Below, one piece after another: positions 12,865 to 25,800 of a stretch of DNA of 64,000 nucleotides. Source of the DNA: Octopus sinensis (Eukaryota); the NCBI RefSeq assembly GCF_006345805.1, contig NC_043009.1:40176001-40240000 (forward strand). Direction: 5' to 3'. The stretch's first letter is position 1. Each line of letters opens with the position of its first letter. A model generated the notes under the pieces. It saw only the letters and a list, made by a program, of their open reading frames with translations. It was not told the origin of the DNA and did no database searches. The translations under genes and the position numbers were made by a program.

Positions 12865-13133
12865 ATGCATATATATATTATATATATATATATATATAAT
12901 ATATATATATATACACATATTATACATATATATATGCATATATATATCCTATTAATATTATACATATGCATATATATTATTTATATATATATTAATTTAA
13001 TATATATATACATGCATATATATATACATATATCTATATGTGTGTATGTATATTTATATAAATATGTATATACATACATGCATGACAAACACTCATACAT
13101 ATATACACATATATATGTATTATGTCTATATGC

Positions 13134-13205
<72 letters not shown>

Positions 13206-13380
13206 GGAGAGAGAGAGAGAGAGGCAAACGGAGAGGAGCACAGTCCGGAAGGCAGATAGACAGACAGAGACAGAGAAAAAGACAGAAAGAGAGAGAGGGG
13301 AGAGAGAAAGACAAAGAGGGAGAGAGAGAAAGAGAGAGAGAGAAAGAGAAAGGGAGAGAGAGAGATACATAGACACACAT
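12865..13380. repeat. Compound (TA)n then (GA)n microsatellite tract
   Basis: Direct reading. Confidence 0.95.
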
Positions 13381-13429
13381 AAAAAAAGAGACATGCTGTG
13401 AAATTCATTAACCCCAAAATGTATTAAAA

Positions 13430-13720
13430 TCGTTCAGTCTTCTCCGACCCACATTCACCATCGCCGCTGCTTCATTCGGATGCTCAACCCACTGCTGTTT
13501 CTCACAGTAAGCCCGTGTCTTCACGGATGCGAGAGTACCACCTCCGAGGCGGTCTAGCATGTGGTCTGAGGTTTTTGCTAAGTCTTGGTACGAAGCCAGA
13601 AAATATGGAGGAATTGGGTGGCCTTCATATTACATGGACGAATCGTTTCAGTCTCTTCCTTCTTATTACCTCGGTAATTGTGCATATCATGTGAAGAGCT
13701 TTCCTCATAGAATATATTTA
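13430..13720 (-). pseudogene. Degenerate 3' fragment of an RTE-clade LINE ORF
   Basis: Manual translation TITEVIRRKRLKRFVHVI*R..RPHARPPRRWYSRIREDTGL matches the RTE C-terminal pattern IRxRRLRWxGHVxR..RPxGRPxxRWxDxIxED. Confidence 0.7.
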
Positions 13721-13746
13721 CATATACAGAGATACAAAGAAGCACA

Positions 13747-13807
<61 letters not shown>

Positions 13808-13810
<3 letters not shown>

Positions 13811-14085
13811 GCGTGCTTGCACAAATATAATGTATATATGAAATTGTATGTCTTATATATATGTATGCACATATTATATATAATATATAATATATATATA
13901 TATATATTTATCTATCTCTCTATATAGATATATATTATAAAATACCTATACAGGTTATGTATATATATATATATATGTGTTATATATATACATTCACATT
14001 TATGCACACAGGCACATACACATATATGCGTGCTTGCACAAATATAATGTATATATGAAATTGTATGTCTTATATATGTATGCAC

Positions 14086-14126
<41 letters not shown>

Positions 14127-14460
14127 TTTATCTATCTCTCTATATGATATATATTATAAATACCTATACAGGTGTATGTATATATATATATATATGTGTG
14201 TATATATATACATTCACATTTATGCACACAGGCACATACACATATATGCGTGCTTGCACAAATATAATGTATATATGAAATTGTATGCCTTTATATATTA
14301 TTGCACATATTATATATATATATATATATATTATACATACATATATATATGTGTATGTATATATGTGTATATATACATACACATACACACACACACATAT
14401 ATATATATTTATCTATCTCTACATATAGATATATATTATACATACAAATATATATATATT
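13808..14460. repeat. Tandem repeat of ~220-bp microsatellite-rich units (about 2.7 copies)
   Basis: atgcgtgcttgcacaaatataatgtatatatgaaattgtatg recurs at ~13808, ~14025 and ~14245. Confidence 0.85.
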
Positions 14461-14620
14461 TATGTATATATATGTGTATATGTATGTGTGCATGAATATA
14501 TATATATGTATATATAATGTATTTTTTATTTATTCTTTATTTTATCTAGTTTCAGCTCACAAGCTGTGGCCATGCTGGGGCAACCGCCATATTTGTATGT
14601 ATACTATATATTATATATAT

Positions 14621-14657
<37 letters not shown>

Positions 14658-14757
14658 TAGTGTATCTCTATATATCTATATATATATAAATGTAGTGTGT
14701 GTGTGTGCGTGTACGTATCTATCTTTATGTGTGTAAGCATGTGTGTATAAATATCCG

Positions 14758-14804
<47 letters not shown>

Positions 14805-16071
14805 GTGTATATGTGTGTATGTGCGTGCGCATGCGTGCGTTATAAGTGAGAGCTTACGTGTTTTCACCTGCCTGGAACAGTGTAAGTTCCTTTGTAATCA
14901 TATAACTATATGAATGCTAGAACGGGATCTCATTCCTTGTATAAAAATATACACGCACAATTGAATACATACCTACATGTGTACACACGCAACAACAAAC
15001 ACACAAATGATCTCATACACACTCACACACACACAAACATACACATATATGTGTATATACACATTCAGGATAAGTGTGTTAGTTCTTCCTTTCTCTCTTT
15101 GTATCTATCCTTGTTTTTTCTTCTTTCCTCTACCCTTTTCCCTCGTTCTCACTTTCTCTCTTGTGTTCAAACTCACTGTCTGTCTCTCACTCCCTCTCTC
15201 TCTCATTTGTCTCCCCTTACCTATCTCCTTTTCACTCTCAATTTCCCTCTCTCTCTATCACTCTTTATCACTTTCTCTAACGCTCTTCATTCTAAATCTA
15301 CCTGCTCTCTCCCCCCATCACACTCTCTCTGGTAATTATATTCTGATGCACGTCTCTAGTCTTAACCTGTTTATCGCTAAGTTGATCTCTCTAATTGTCA
15401 TCTTACCCTCTTTTCTCGCCCACTCTCCTATCTCTCTCTCGCTCTCCTTCTTCTCTTAACCACTTCTCTGTTTCTCTCTCTCTCCTCTCAAACTATTATT
15501 TTCTCACCACCACTCTTTCCACTCTCCTACTACTACTACTCTCTCTCTCTCTCTTGCTCTCTCACTTTATGGGTGATTACATTTGCCTGTGAGAATTTGT
15601 ATCGTATATGTGCGTGACTGTGTATGCGTATATGTTTGTATTTGTGCATGTGTATATGCGTGTGTATGTGAATATATGTATAAGCGTGTGTGCTTCTTTT
15701 TGCATGTTTGTGCGTGTGTAACCGTCTGTGTGTGTATGTGCATATGTGTACGTTTGAAATGTACCTGCAATGTGCACATATGTATGGACATTTATACATA
15801 TATATATATATATATATACGTGTGTGTGTGTGTGTGTGTGTGAATGTGAGCATTGTGTGTGTGCGCACGTGCATGGATGTGTGCGTGTGTGTGTGTCTGT
15901 GTGTGTGTCTTGGGTGTCTACCTACAGAATCTCTATGTTAACGATTGTCATTTTATTGGGTATAACATATATATATATATATATATATATATAGATATAT
16001 ATATATATATGCACATACACGCAATATACACAAAGATACATACACGCCTTTATATATATACATACATATAC

Positions 16072-16117
<46 letters not shown>

Positions 16118-16299
16118 AACCTATATATATTTATACACACATACACACAGACATATCTACACACTACATAAGCAGGTATGTAGTTATGTATGTTAAGAGG
16201 GTCACAGCTTCAACTAATATATTTTATTGATCGCAGCAGAAAGCAGCACTTCTGTATATATATATATATCTATATATATATATATATATATACATATAT

Positions 16300-16472
16300 A
16301 TATACTTGTTTCACATTTATGTGTTTACTCCGGTGTATATATATATATTATATATATATATAATGGTATGAATGTATAATATATATATATATATGTGTGT
16401 GTGTATGTGATATTATATATATATATATATATTATATATACCTTGTTTCACATTATGTGTTTAACTCCGGTG

Positions 16473-16506
<34 letters not shown>

Positions 16507-16623
16507 ATATAAAATGTATGAATGTATATATATATATATATGTGTGTGTGTATGTATAATATATATATATATATATATATACCGTGTTTTCACATTTATG
16601 TGTTTTACTCCGGTGCCGTGTAG

Positions 16624-16654
<31 letters not shown>

Positions 16655-16789
16655 ATGAATGTATATATATATATATATGTGTGGTGTGTATGTTATATAT
16701 ATGTATATATATACCTTGTTCACATTATGTGTTTACTCCCGGTGTATATATATATATATATAATATATTATATATATATAAATGTATGA

Positions 16790-16848
<59 letters not shown>

Positions 16849-16960
16849 CCTTGTTTCACATTTATGTGTTTACTCCGGTGTATATATATATATATATATA
16901 TATATAAATGTATGAATGTATATATATATATATATATGTGTGTGTGTATGTATATATATA
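16300..16960. repeat. Composite minisatellite, five ~135-bp units
   Basis: Unit ccttgtttcacatttatgtgtttactccggtg-(TA)n-aaatgtatgaatg-(TA)n(TG)n starting at ~16304, 16441, 16581, 16714 and 16849. Confidence 0.9.
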
Positions 16961-17254
16961 TGTATATATATATATGCACACATACACACACAAACACACA
17001 CATGTACACATACGTAAATGTATGTATGTACACATACATTAGAGCCTGTGTGCGTGGGTGGGTGGGTGGGTGAGGGCGTGGGGTGGGGGGCTGAATGCCT
17101 CTTGTTACACTGAATTTTTCTGGTGTTTAATATTGCTTTTCATTGTTGTTCTTGTGATATTATTGCTTTTAATATTGTTATTGTTATTGCTGCTGTTGTT
17201 CTGGTGTACCCTTGAGGCAGATAAAGAAAAACATCGACAGCCATTATTATTATC

Positions 17255-17432
17255 ATCGTTATTATTGTTATTGTTATTATCATCATCATCATCATCATCA
17301 TCATCATTATTATTATTATTATTATTGCTGTTGTTGTTGTTGTTGTTTATTATTATTCATTGTCGTTGCTTTTATGATAATAATAATAAAAATAATAATA
17401 ATTGTAGTAGCAGTAGTAGTAGTAGTAGTAGT

Positions 17433-17496
<64 letters not shown>

Positions 17497-17902
17497 AGAA
17501 TGGGGTGGTCGATTTAATCGACTGTTCCCTGTTCTTCCCAATAGTGTCAACAAAAGCGATCATCGCCTTCGTCATTTTCCCCACCACCACCACCACCACC
17601 ACCTCCACCACAACCACCAGCACCAGTAGGAGCAGCAGCAGCAGCAGCAGCACCACCACCCCACCACCATCATCATCATCATCATCATCATCATCACAAC
17701 AACCACCAGCGACATCAACGTTCAGCACGATTCTTCGCATCATCATCATATTCATCATCAACTTCATCACCAGCTCCACCACCACCACCACCACCACATT
17801 AATCGTTATCATCATTACCGTCGCCGTCGTCGTCATCACCATCATCATTATCACTAGCACCAGCGCTACTAGGATTCAACGTCTACCCCCATCACAACCA
17901 TC

Positions 17903-17944
<42 letters not shown>

Positions 17945-18116
17945 TTACCTACTTATCTATCTATCTATCTGCCTGCCTGTCGGTCTGTCTGTCTATCTAT
18001 CTATCTACCTACCTACCTACTTATCTATCTATCTATCTGTCTGTCTGTCTGTCTGTCTGCCTGCCTTCCTGTCGTGCTGTCTGTCTATCTATCTATCTAT
18101 CTATTTACCTACCTAC

Positions 18117-18171
<55 letters not shown>

Positions 18172-18183
18172 GCTAGCTAGCTA

Positions 18184-18219
<36 letters not shown>

Positions 18220-18638
18220 CCTACCTACCTACCTATCTATCAATCCATCTATCTGTGTGTCTATCTGTTTTCTTCCTTTCTTTCATTTTTTTTCTTTCAT
18301 TCTTTCTGTCTTCCTTTCTTTCTTTCTAGAATTCCTATATTTACGTTGCCCTTGTGGCAAATACAAGATTGCATTTCCCCCTCTTTCTTCTCTGGCTCTT
18401 CGCCGTTACCGTCTTCTTTTTTCTCATTTTCCTCCTTTTTTAATTACAAGTATATGTTTGTTTTCCGTCCTCGTAATGTCCCAACTTATGTGCCCCTTTG
18501 GCAGATAAAGTCAATATTATTATTATACGTTTGTTATTATATTCAACGAAATTCTGTTTACGCTGCCTTCGTGGCAAACGAGGGGAAATCTATGTATGAT
18601 TATCATCATCATCATCATCATCATCGTCATCATCGTCG

Positions 18639-18675
<37 letters not shown>

Positions 18676-18716
18676 TATTATCATCATCATCGTCGTTATT
18701 ATTATTATTATTATTA

Positions 18717-18747
<31 letters not shown>

Positions 18748-18926
18748 CATTATTATCATTATTATTATCATTGTTATTATCATTCTTCTTCTCTTCTTCT
18801 TCTTCTTCTTATTATTATTATTACTATTATCATTATTATTATTATTATTATCATCATTATTATCATTATTATTATTATCATTCTCCTTCTTCTTCTTCTT
18901 CTTATCATCATCATCAATAGTATTAC

Positions 18927-18958
<32 letters not shown>

Positions 18959-19259
18959 TATTATTATTATTATTCAGATCATCATCAGCGACAGCAGCAT
19001 TATGATCCTCATCAACATCATCACCGCAACTACCATCATCATCAGCATTATCGTCTTCGTCGTCATCATTATCAACATCATCATCATCGTCATCATTATC
19101 ATATCCGGTTCTAATCCACTTTAATGTTTTTGTATCATTTCTCTTCATCGAAATACACACACCTGCATTTATATGTGCATGTGTGTGTGTATAAATGCGT
19201 GGGCGTATGCGTGCCTACATACATACATACATACATACATACATAAATACATACATACA

Positions 19260-19293
<34 letters not shown>

Positions 19294-19370
19294 CATACAT
19301 ACATACATACATACATGCATGCATACAGACAGACAGACAGACAGACAGGCAGGCAGGCAGGCAGACACAC
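17255..19370. repeat. Mosaic of tri- and tetranucleotide microsatellites: (ATT)(CAT)(GTT)(TAG)(CAG)(CAC)(ATCT)(CATA)(CAGA)
   Basis: Direct reading; accounts for the poly-S/L/T/H/I ORFs in the track. Confidence 0.95.
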
Positions 19371-19760
19371 ATGCTTATTGATTTTTGTGGGTTTGAAAGA
19401 TACAAATATGATGCAACGACCCAGAGGAAGTTCATGGCAGTTATCAAACTTCAGAAATGTAAGCATCCCGCACATAACCATCGGCCGTTGACTCACTTTT
19501 ACAGCCTTCTGCCGACTGAAAGTAATTAAAAATAGTATTTGCATATACATGTAAACACAAATGCGCATACATACGTATATACATAAATATATATACATAC
19601 TACTCAAACAGGCGTAACACGTATACAAACACATTAAACGCACATACATACATAAAAGTATAGATATTTCCCTTCCGGTCTTTCAAAATGTGACCTCGTA
19701 TGTACCGTTGGCGATTTCTTTTCCTCTGTCTTCCCTTCTGTGGATCTTTCCTTCTCGTAT

Positions 19761-19795
19761 GTTTCCGACGAAGAGCTCCGCTCGAAACGTTAAAC
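19761..19795 (+). ncRNA. Minimal type I hammerhead-like motif with variant core (CCGACGA)
   Basis: GUUU-CCGACGA-AGAGCUCCGCUC-GAAA-CG-UU^AAAC: stem I GUUU/AAAC, stem II GAGC/GCUC, palindromic ACGU stem III. Confidence 0.55.
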
Positions 19796-20240
19796 CCTCC
19801 TTCTTTCCTTCTTTCCTGAGCGTCCAATAATACTATATTTGTTCCACGTCCTCGGGTTGTGTTTTTTTGTGTTTTCTTGTTTGGATTAGCTTTATATATA
19901 TATAAATGCAGTATATAAGTACAGTTTTACTGCATGTATATATGTATGTACTGATAGACAAGTACATACATACATATATATTACATAATTTTAAAAGAGT
20001 CAGCAATAGTTTCGTGTTTTAGAGATCCAAATTTGGTAGCTTTATGTACCATGACATATGTCTCCAAGCAATCTTACAGGCTCAGTGCTTATTTGAAAAC
20101 CAGGACACTTTTCAATGAGAAACCACGAGAAAAATTGGGATGAAAAACGTGATCTTACTTACATATAAATAATACATTCGTACAAATAGACATACATACA
20201 TATAGACATACATGCATGCATAAATACATACAGACATACA

Positions 20241-20984
20241 TCTTCTTCTCTTCTTTCCCCCGTCTGTCTTGATAGACAATGGGTCGCGCCAAGGGTGGGG
20301 CCTACTTTGATTATGAGCAGCGTCTGCTGTGACTGAACAGTCCAATTCTAGAGTGGCAGTCCCTGGTACAGTTGCTGCACATGAACATCGATGGGTACGT
20401 TTGGGGTGTTGCTGCTCTCCTTTCCTCAGCCATGGAAACGCCTTTCCTCACTGTCCGGCGCCAGGCAGAGCGGTCAGCAGCTGTTACCTCCCACGTGTCC
20501 ACACAGATGTTGGCAGTCCTCAGGTCGCGCTTGCACACATCCCTGTATCGTAGCTGTGGACGTCCCTTGGGTCGGGATCCCGTGGTGAGTTCGCTGTACA
20601 GGATGTCTTTAGGCATGCGACCGTCCTGCATGCGGCAGACGTGTCCGAGCCAGCGCAGTCGTCTCCGCACGAGGAGGGCATGCATGCTTGGCATATTAGT
20701 CTGTTCTAGGATGACTCCGTTCGGTACTCGGTCCTTCCAGGAGATGCCAAGGATCCGTCGAAGACACCGCATGTGGAAGCCGCTGAGGCGGCATTCTTGC
20801 CGGGTGTATGTTGTCCAGCTCTCGCTGCCTTAGAGTAGGGTGCTCAGCACGCAGGCTCGGTACACTGCGATCTTGTTGGTTATTGTGAGCATGTTGTTTT
20901 CCCACACTCTCCTGGAGAGCTTAGCCATGGCAGCAGCAGCCTTCCCAATCCGTCTGTTCAGCTCCGGCTCGAGGGACAGGCTGC
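20241..20984 (-). mobile_element. 5'-truncated RTE-clade LINE (ORF C-terminus with terminal zinc-finger-like motif, 3' UTR, AAG-rich tail)
   Basis: Reading frame ELNRRIGKAAAAMAKLSRRVW..YRACVLSTLL*GSESW..FHMRCLRRILGISWKDRV..RRRLRWLGHVCRMQDGRMPKDILYSEL..RPKGRPQLRYRD..FMCSNCTRDCHSRIGLFSHSRRC; one stop, no frameshift seen. Confidence 0.95.
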
Positions 20985-21030
20985 TACATACATACATACA
21001 TACATACATACATACATACATACATACATA

Positions 21031-21430
21031 CTGTTATAATTATTTGGGATAAAGAAGAGAAACTGCACAGTTGTGGAAATTAGCTGCCCAGCGGATGTTA
21101 ACATACAGCTGAAGATCAGTGAAAAAGACAACACCTAAGCTGAACTATTGAGAAATCTGCAGTTCCTCTATCCAGATTACAAGTTCAGGGTTTTACCTGT
21201 AATTATTTGGGTCTTGTGATATGTAACACACTGCCTAAATACCAATCTTGAGAAATTAGGCTTCTCAAAACTAGAAGGGAGAAAGCTAATTCGAAGACTA
21301 CAGATGCAATCCATCACTGGAACTGTAAAAAAATCTGTAAAACTTTCCAGAAAGTTTATTATTTAAATATATATGAGCATGTCTAGATATGTAATTATAT
21401 GCATGAGAATACATAAAACATACAAATCTG
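21031..21430 (+). mobile_element. 3' fragment of a REL-endonuclease LINE (R4/Dong-like) between (CATA)n tracts
   Basis: Manual translation with small frameshifts: IIIWDKEEKL-TVVEISCPADVNIQLKISEKDNT*AELLRNLQFLYPDYKFRVLPVII..NLEKLGFS..LIRRLQMQSITGTVK; pattern of a PD-(D/E)xK domain end. Confidence 0.75.
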
Positions 21431-22271
21431 CACATACATTCATGCATACATACATACATACATACATACATACATACATACATACATGCATACATGCATA
21501 CATACATACATACATACATACATACATACATACATACAAAAATACCCTGTTGTTGATGTTGAAATTCCAATGAAAGAACCTTTCAAGAGAAATCTTGAAA
21601 TAAACTAAATAATGACATACATAAATACACATACATGCATACAAACATGCATGCATACATAATTACATGCATACATATATATATACATACCTAGCACACA
21701 CACTTAATACATATGTACATGCGTATATGCATACATATATGCATATAAACATTGCATACTCACATATGCATAATATATATGCGTGTACATACATGCATGG
21801 ATACATACATATATACACGTATACATACATACCTGTATACATACAAATATAACATACATATTCAATTTACATACGCACATTCATACATACATATACCTTA
21901 ATATGCTGTCTCCTTATGTGTGTGTGTCTATGTGTGTGTAAATGATTGTGAATGTAGCGTGTTAATGGGACATACAAGGCAAGTTTTTTTTTAATATTTT
22001 GTTCCAATTTTTTGATATTCAAAAACACTCACATTAAGATTTGGGTGGGTTTGCATGTTTAGGCATTAGGTTAGTGGTTTTTGCATATTTGAAAATCGGG
22101 GCCAGTAGGGAAAGGGAGTTTAACAGACACAGTGTTAAATAATGAAAAATAAATAAATTATCAGATCGAATAAAAGTGCTATCATTCACTCAAAAATAGT
22201 ATATTTCATAAAAAAAAAAAAAATTGAAAAAAAAAATATATAACAACAAATTTACAAGCAATATAAAAAGG

Positions 22272-22310
<39 letters not shown>

Positions 22311-22803
22311 TGTGACAGGTATCGTTTTTCGTTTCAGGGTAGCCATTTTGGTTTTTTTGTTGTTGTTTTTTTTTTTTGTAAAGGTGGCGGTGGCGGTGGG
22401 CCTGGTTGTTACCTTACTACAGTCTCTTGTCAAACAACAGCGTCCCTCTGCAAACTGCAGTCACGCACGCACACGCACTCACACACACGCACACACACAC
22501 GCGGGTACTCATATACACTTACTCAAACACTCTTCCGCGACGCCTGACCCACTCTCACCATTCCTCCCACTGTTCATTCACAATAGATATTACAGTTTGC
22601 ACCTGATCTGGCTCATGTTATTTTTTTATTTTTATTTTTAATGTTTTGTGTTTTTTTTTTCTTTTTAGCTTTGGTGTTTTATTTTTGTTTTTGTTATTGC
22701 ATCACTTTTTTTTATATTTTGTTTCTCGAGTTTTTGAAACTTTAGATAATGTTTTGCTATTTAATTTTTTTCTTTTTCATTATTCATCCTCTACTCGTTG
22801 CTC

Positions 22804-22838
<35 letters not shown>

Positions 22839-22859
22839 AGAATGAATGTTTTTATATAT

Positions 22860-23270
22860 AATGAACGTGAAATACAGGAAGGGACGAACACGGAACACAG
22901 ACAAATCATTCGAAGCCTTCAATCTTCAGTCAGACACCGAATCATCATAGCAAATTTCGGCTGTTCAATTCTGATATTTGCTCCAACTCGGCCAGCCCCA
23001 AGAAAAAAAACTAAGCTGTAAGCATTAGATTTCTTGGTAGAAGACAGGAATGTGAACGCACAAGACGGATGTGAATACAAGAGACGAAAACGAAATTGAA
23101 AACAGTAATGAAAAAACAAAATGTATATAACGGTGGTTGTCATACGACTTTAGACCAAATGAGACAAAACAACAACAACATAGCAGCTGGCGTAGAAATA
23201 ATTACCGTTTCGGTAGCGGGGACACATGTTGGTCGAGATACGAAGGCCAACAGAATGGTTGAAGAAGCAG
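22860..23270. mobile_element. Unclassified interspersed-repeat fragment abutting (TA)n, possibly Penelope-like terminal region
   Basis: Complex non-coding sequence next to (TA)n that resembles a repeat recalled from Octopus; no diagnostic motif verified. Confidence 0.3.
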
Positions 23271-23444
23271 CAGGTCGCAGGAGAGAGAGAAAGAGAGACA
23301 GAGAGAGAGGGAATCAAAGAGGGTATATATATATACGTCTGTGTGTGGGTCGATGTCTATATATGTAAATTCATAAAAAACATAATACGGGTATAGAGAA
23401 CCCACACCTGCACCCCTCAGAAAAATATCCATTTTATTAAGAAA

Positions 23445-23600
23445 TTCATGGTGTGGTATTAAGAAATTCGATTGGTGTGGTTCCGGGTTCAGTCCCACAG
23501 CGCTACAGCTTGGGCAAGTTCCATCTACTTTAAACGACCCGCGCTAAGTAAGTCTTGCTGAGTAGAGTTGAGTAGATGCAAGCCGTACAAAACCCCGTGT
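23445..23600 (+). mobile_element. SINE family A-like diverged 5' part
   Basis: ggttccgggttcagtccca..cttgggcaag motif. Confidence 0.65.
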
Positions 23601-23734
23601 ATGTTCATACCCACACGTGGGTGTATAGTATATGATCTATATTCCAGGGTAACCCCATAAAACGTCCATATCTATCTTTGTATACTCTACCGCTTTGTAA
23701 CTTAGAGCGTGCTTCTCTTTCAGATTTATAATAT

Positions 23735-24148
23735 CTCTCTCTTTTTCTTTTTTACTTGTTTCAGTCATTTGACTGCGGCCATGCTGGAGCACCGCCTTTT
23801 AATCAAGCAACTCGATCCCGGGACTTATTCTTTTGTAAGCCCAGTACTTATTCTATCGGGCTCTTTTGCCGAACCGAACCGCTAAGTAACGGGGACGTAA
23901 ACACACCAGCATCGGTTGTCAAGCAATGCTAGGGGGACAAACACAGACACACAAACATACAAGCACACACATAAATATATACATATATACGACGGATTTC
24001 TTTCAGTTTCCGTATACCAAATCACTCACAAGGCATGCATTGGTCGGCCCGGGGCTATAGCAGAAGACACTTGCCCAAGGTGCCACGCAGTGGGACTGAA
24101 CCCGGAACCATGTGGTTGGTTAGCAAGCTACTTACACACAGCCACTCA
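23735..24148 (-). mobile_element. SINE family A, near full length
   Basis: Matches other copies end to end. Confidence 0.92.
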
Positions 24149-24157
24149 TATATATAT

Positions 24158-24226
<69 letters not shown>

Positions 24227-24337
24227 CATATATATTACATACATATATTAATAGTATAGTATGACAACAAAAGAATGAATGAGACCTTGATATTACGTAA
24301 ATAGAGGAATTTATCTATGAATATAATATGTTTGTCT

Positions 24338-24399
24338 TAATAACTGATGAGATGCGGAGGAGACTTCATCCTCGGCATCCGAAACTCAGAATTTTATTA
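24338..24399 (+). ncRNA. Type I hammerhead ribozyme motif with long stem II, slightly decayed
   Basis: UAAUAA-CUGAUGA-GAUGCGGAGGAGACUUCAUCCUCGGCAUCC-GAAA-CUCAGAA-UU^UUAUUA: intact core, 6-bp stem I, near-palindromic stem III with one mismatch. Confidence 0.7.
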
Positions 24400-24423
24400 T
24401 GGCAACCAATATATTATATATAT

Positions 24424-24482
<59 letters not shown>

Positions 24483-24495
24483 TAAAAAAACACCA

Positions 24496-24615
24496 ACATA
24501 TCAGTAAAACTGTTACGCAGAGATCCACGTTCCCGTTTGTTTGTCGGACAATTTTGTTTAGAATATTCTAAACAAACGGGAACGTGAAAACCAGAGTAAC
24601 GGTTTTTGTGATATT
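24496..24615. repeat. Foldback with nested inverted repeats (MITE-like)
   Basis: Perfect 17-bp IR cacgttcccgtttgttt (24526-24542) / aaacaaacgggaacgtg (24570-24586); 22-bp palindrome ttgtttagaatattctaaacaa (24554-24575); outer IR aaaactgttac / gtaacggtttt. Confidence 0.75.
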
Positions 24616-24703
24616 TTTGCTGATTTTAAAAAAATGAATATTACTTTATTCCTAGTATTCGAGTACTTTTTTCCACCTTGTTTAGCATTTATATACTCCG
24701 GTG

Positions 24704-24763
<60 letters not shown>

Positions 24764-25169
24764 TGTATGTATGTATGTATGTACGTGTTAGCGTGTGTAT
24801 CGTCTTGATTCTGTTCATGTCGTGGGCTTTTATGTAAAGTAAGTATGCGAGAAACAGTGATCGATAAAATTAAGAAAGGAAAGGAAAATGACATAAATAC
24901 AAGATCGATATGACCGACTTAAATATTGAGAGTGAAGCCCCAGCATGGCCGCAGTGCTGTAAATGTAATCAGTAAAGGAATATGCACCAAAGCAAATACG
25001 TTCTATACACGCGTAAGCACACGCACCTACACACACACACACACACGCGCGCACACACACACACGCAAACAGACACACACAAACACACATACACATATTT
25101 ACATGCATGTATATATATGTATGTTGCATATGTGTAAGCGTGCGTGTGTGCCCCTACATAGGTATGTGT

Positions 25170-25182
25170 AATATATATTATC

Positions 25183-25240
<58 letters not shown>

Positions 25241-25652
25241 GAGAGACATATATATATATATATAGACACATAGGTGTCTATACATTCATATATATATGAA
25301 TATATATATATATGCGCATACATGTATATATGCATATACATATATATATATACATGTATATACATACATATATATATATATATATATACATATACATATG
25401 TATATATATACATGTATATATACATATACATATACGTGTATATATACATATATATATATACATATGCGTATATATACACATATGCATATATATATACGCA
25501 TACATATATATATACATATACATATATATACATATACATGATATATACATATACATATATATATATATATATTACGTGTATATATACATATATATATATA
25601 CATATGCATATATATAGACGCACACACAACACATATATATATTATATATATT

Positions 25653-25689
<37 letters not shown>

Positions 25690-25714
25690 GATATACATAC
25701 TGATAGATAGATAG

Positions 25715-25794
<80 letters not shown>

Positions 25795-25800
25795 TGCATA
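25170..25800. repeat. Long degenerate (TA)n/(TACA)n tract followed by (GATA)n
   Basis: Direct reading. Confidence 0.95.

Noticed and set aside
19385-19525. Possible small exons (aaat|gtaagc donor; ttttacag acceptor)
   Set aside because: No matching acceptor for the first and only 17 nt for the second; peptides not recognised
22900-22932. - strand CUGAAGA..CGAAU
   Set aside because: GAAA is broken, stem II would have a 1-nt loop, and there is no stem I
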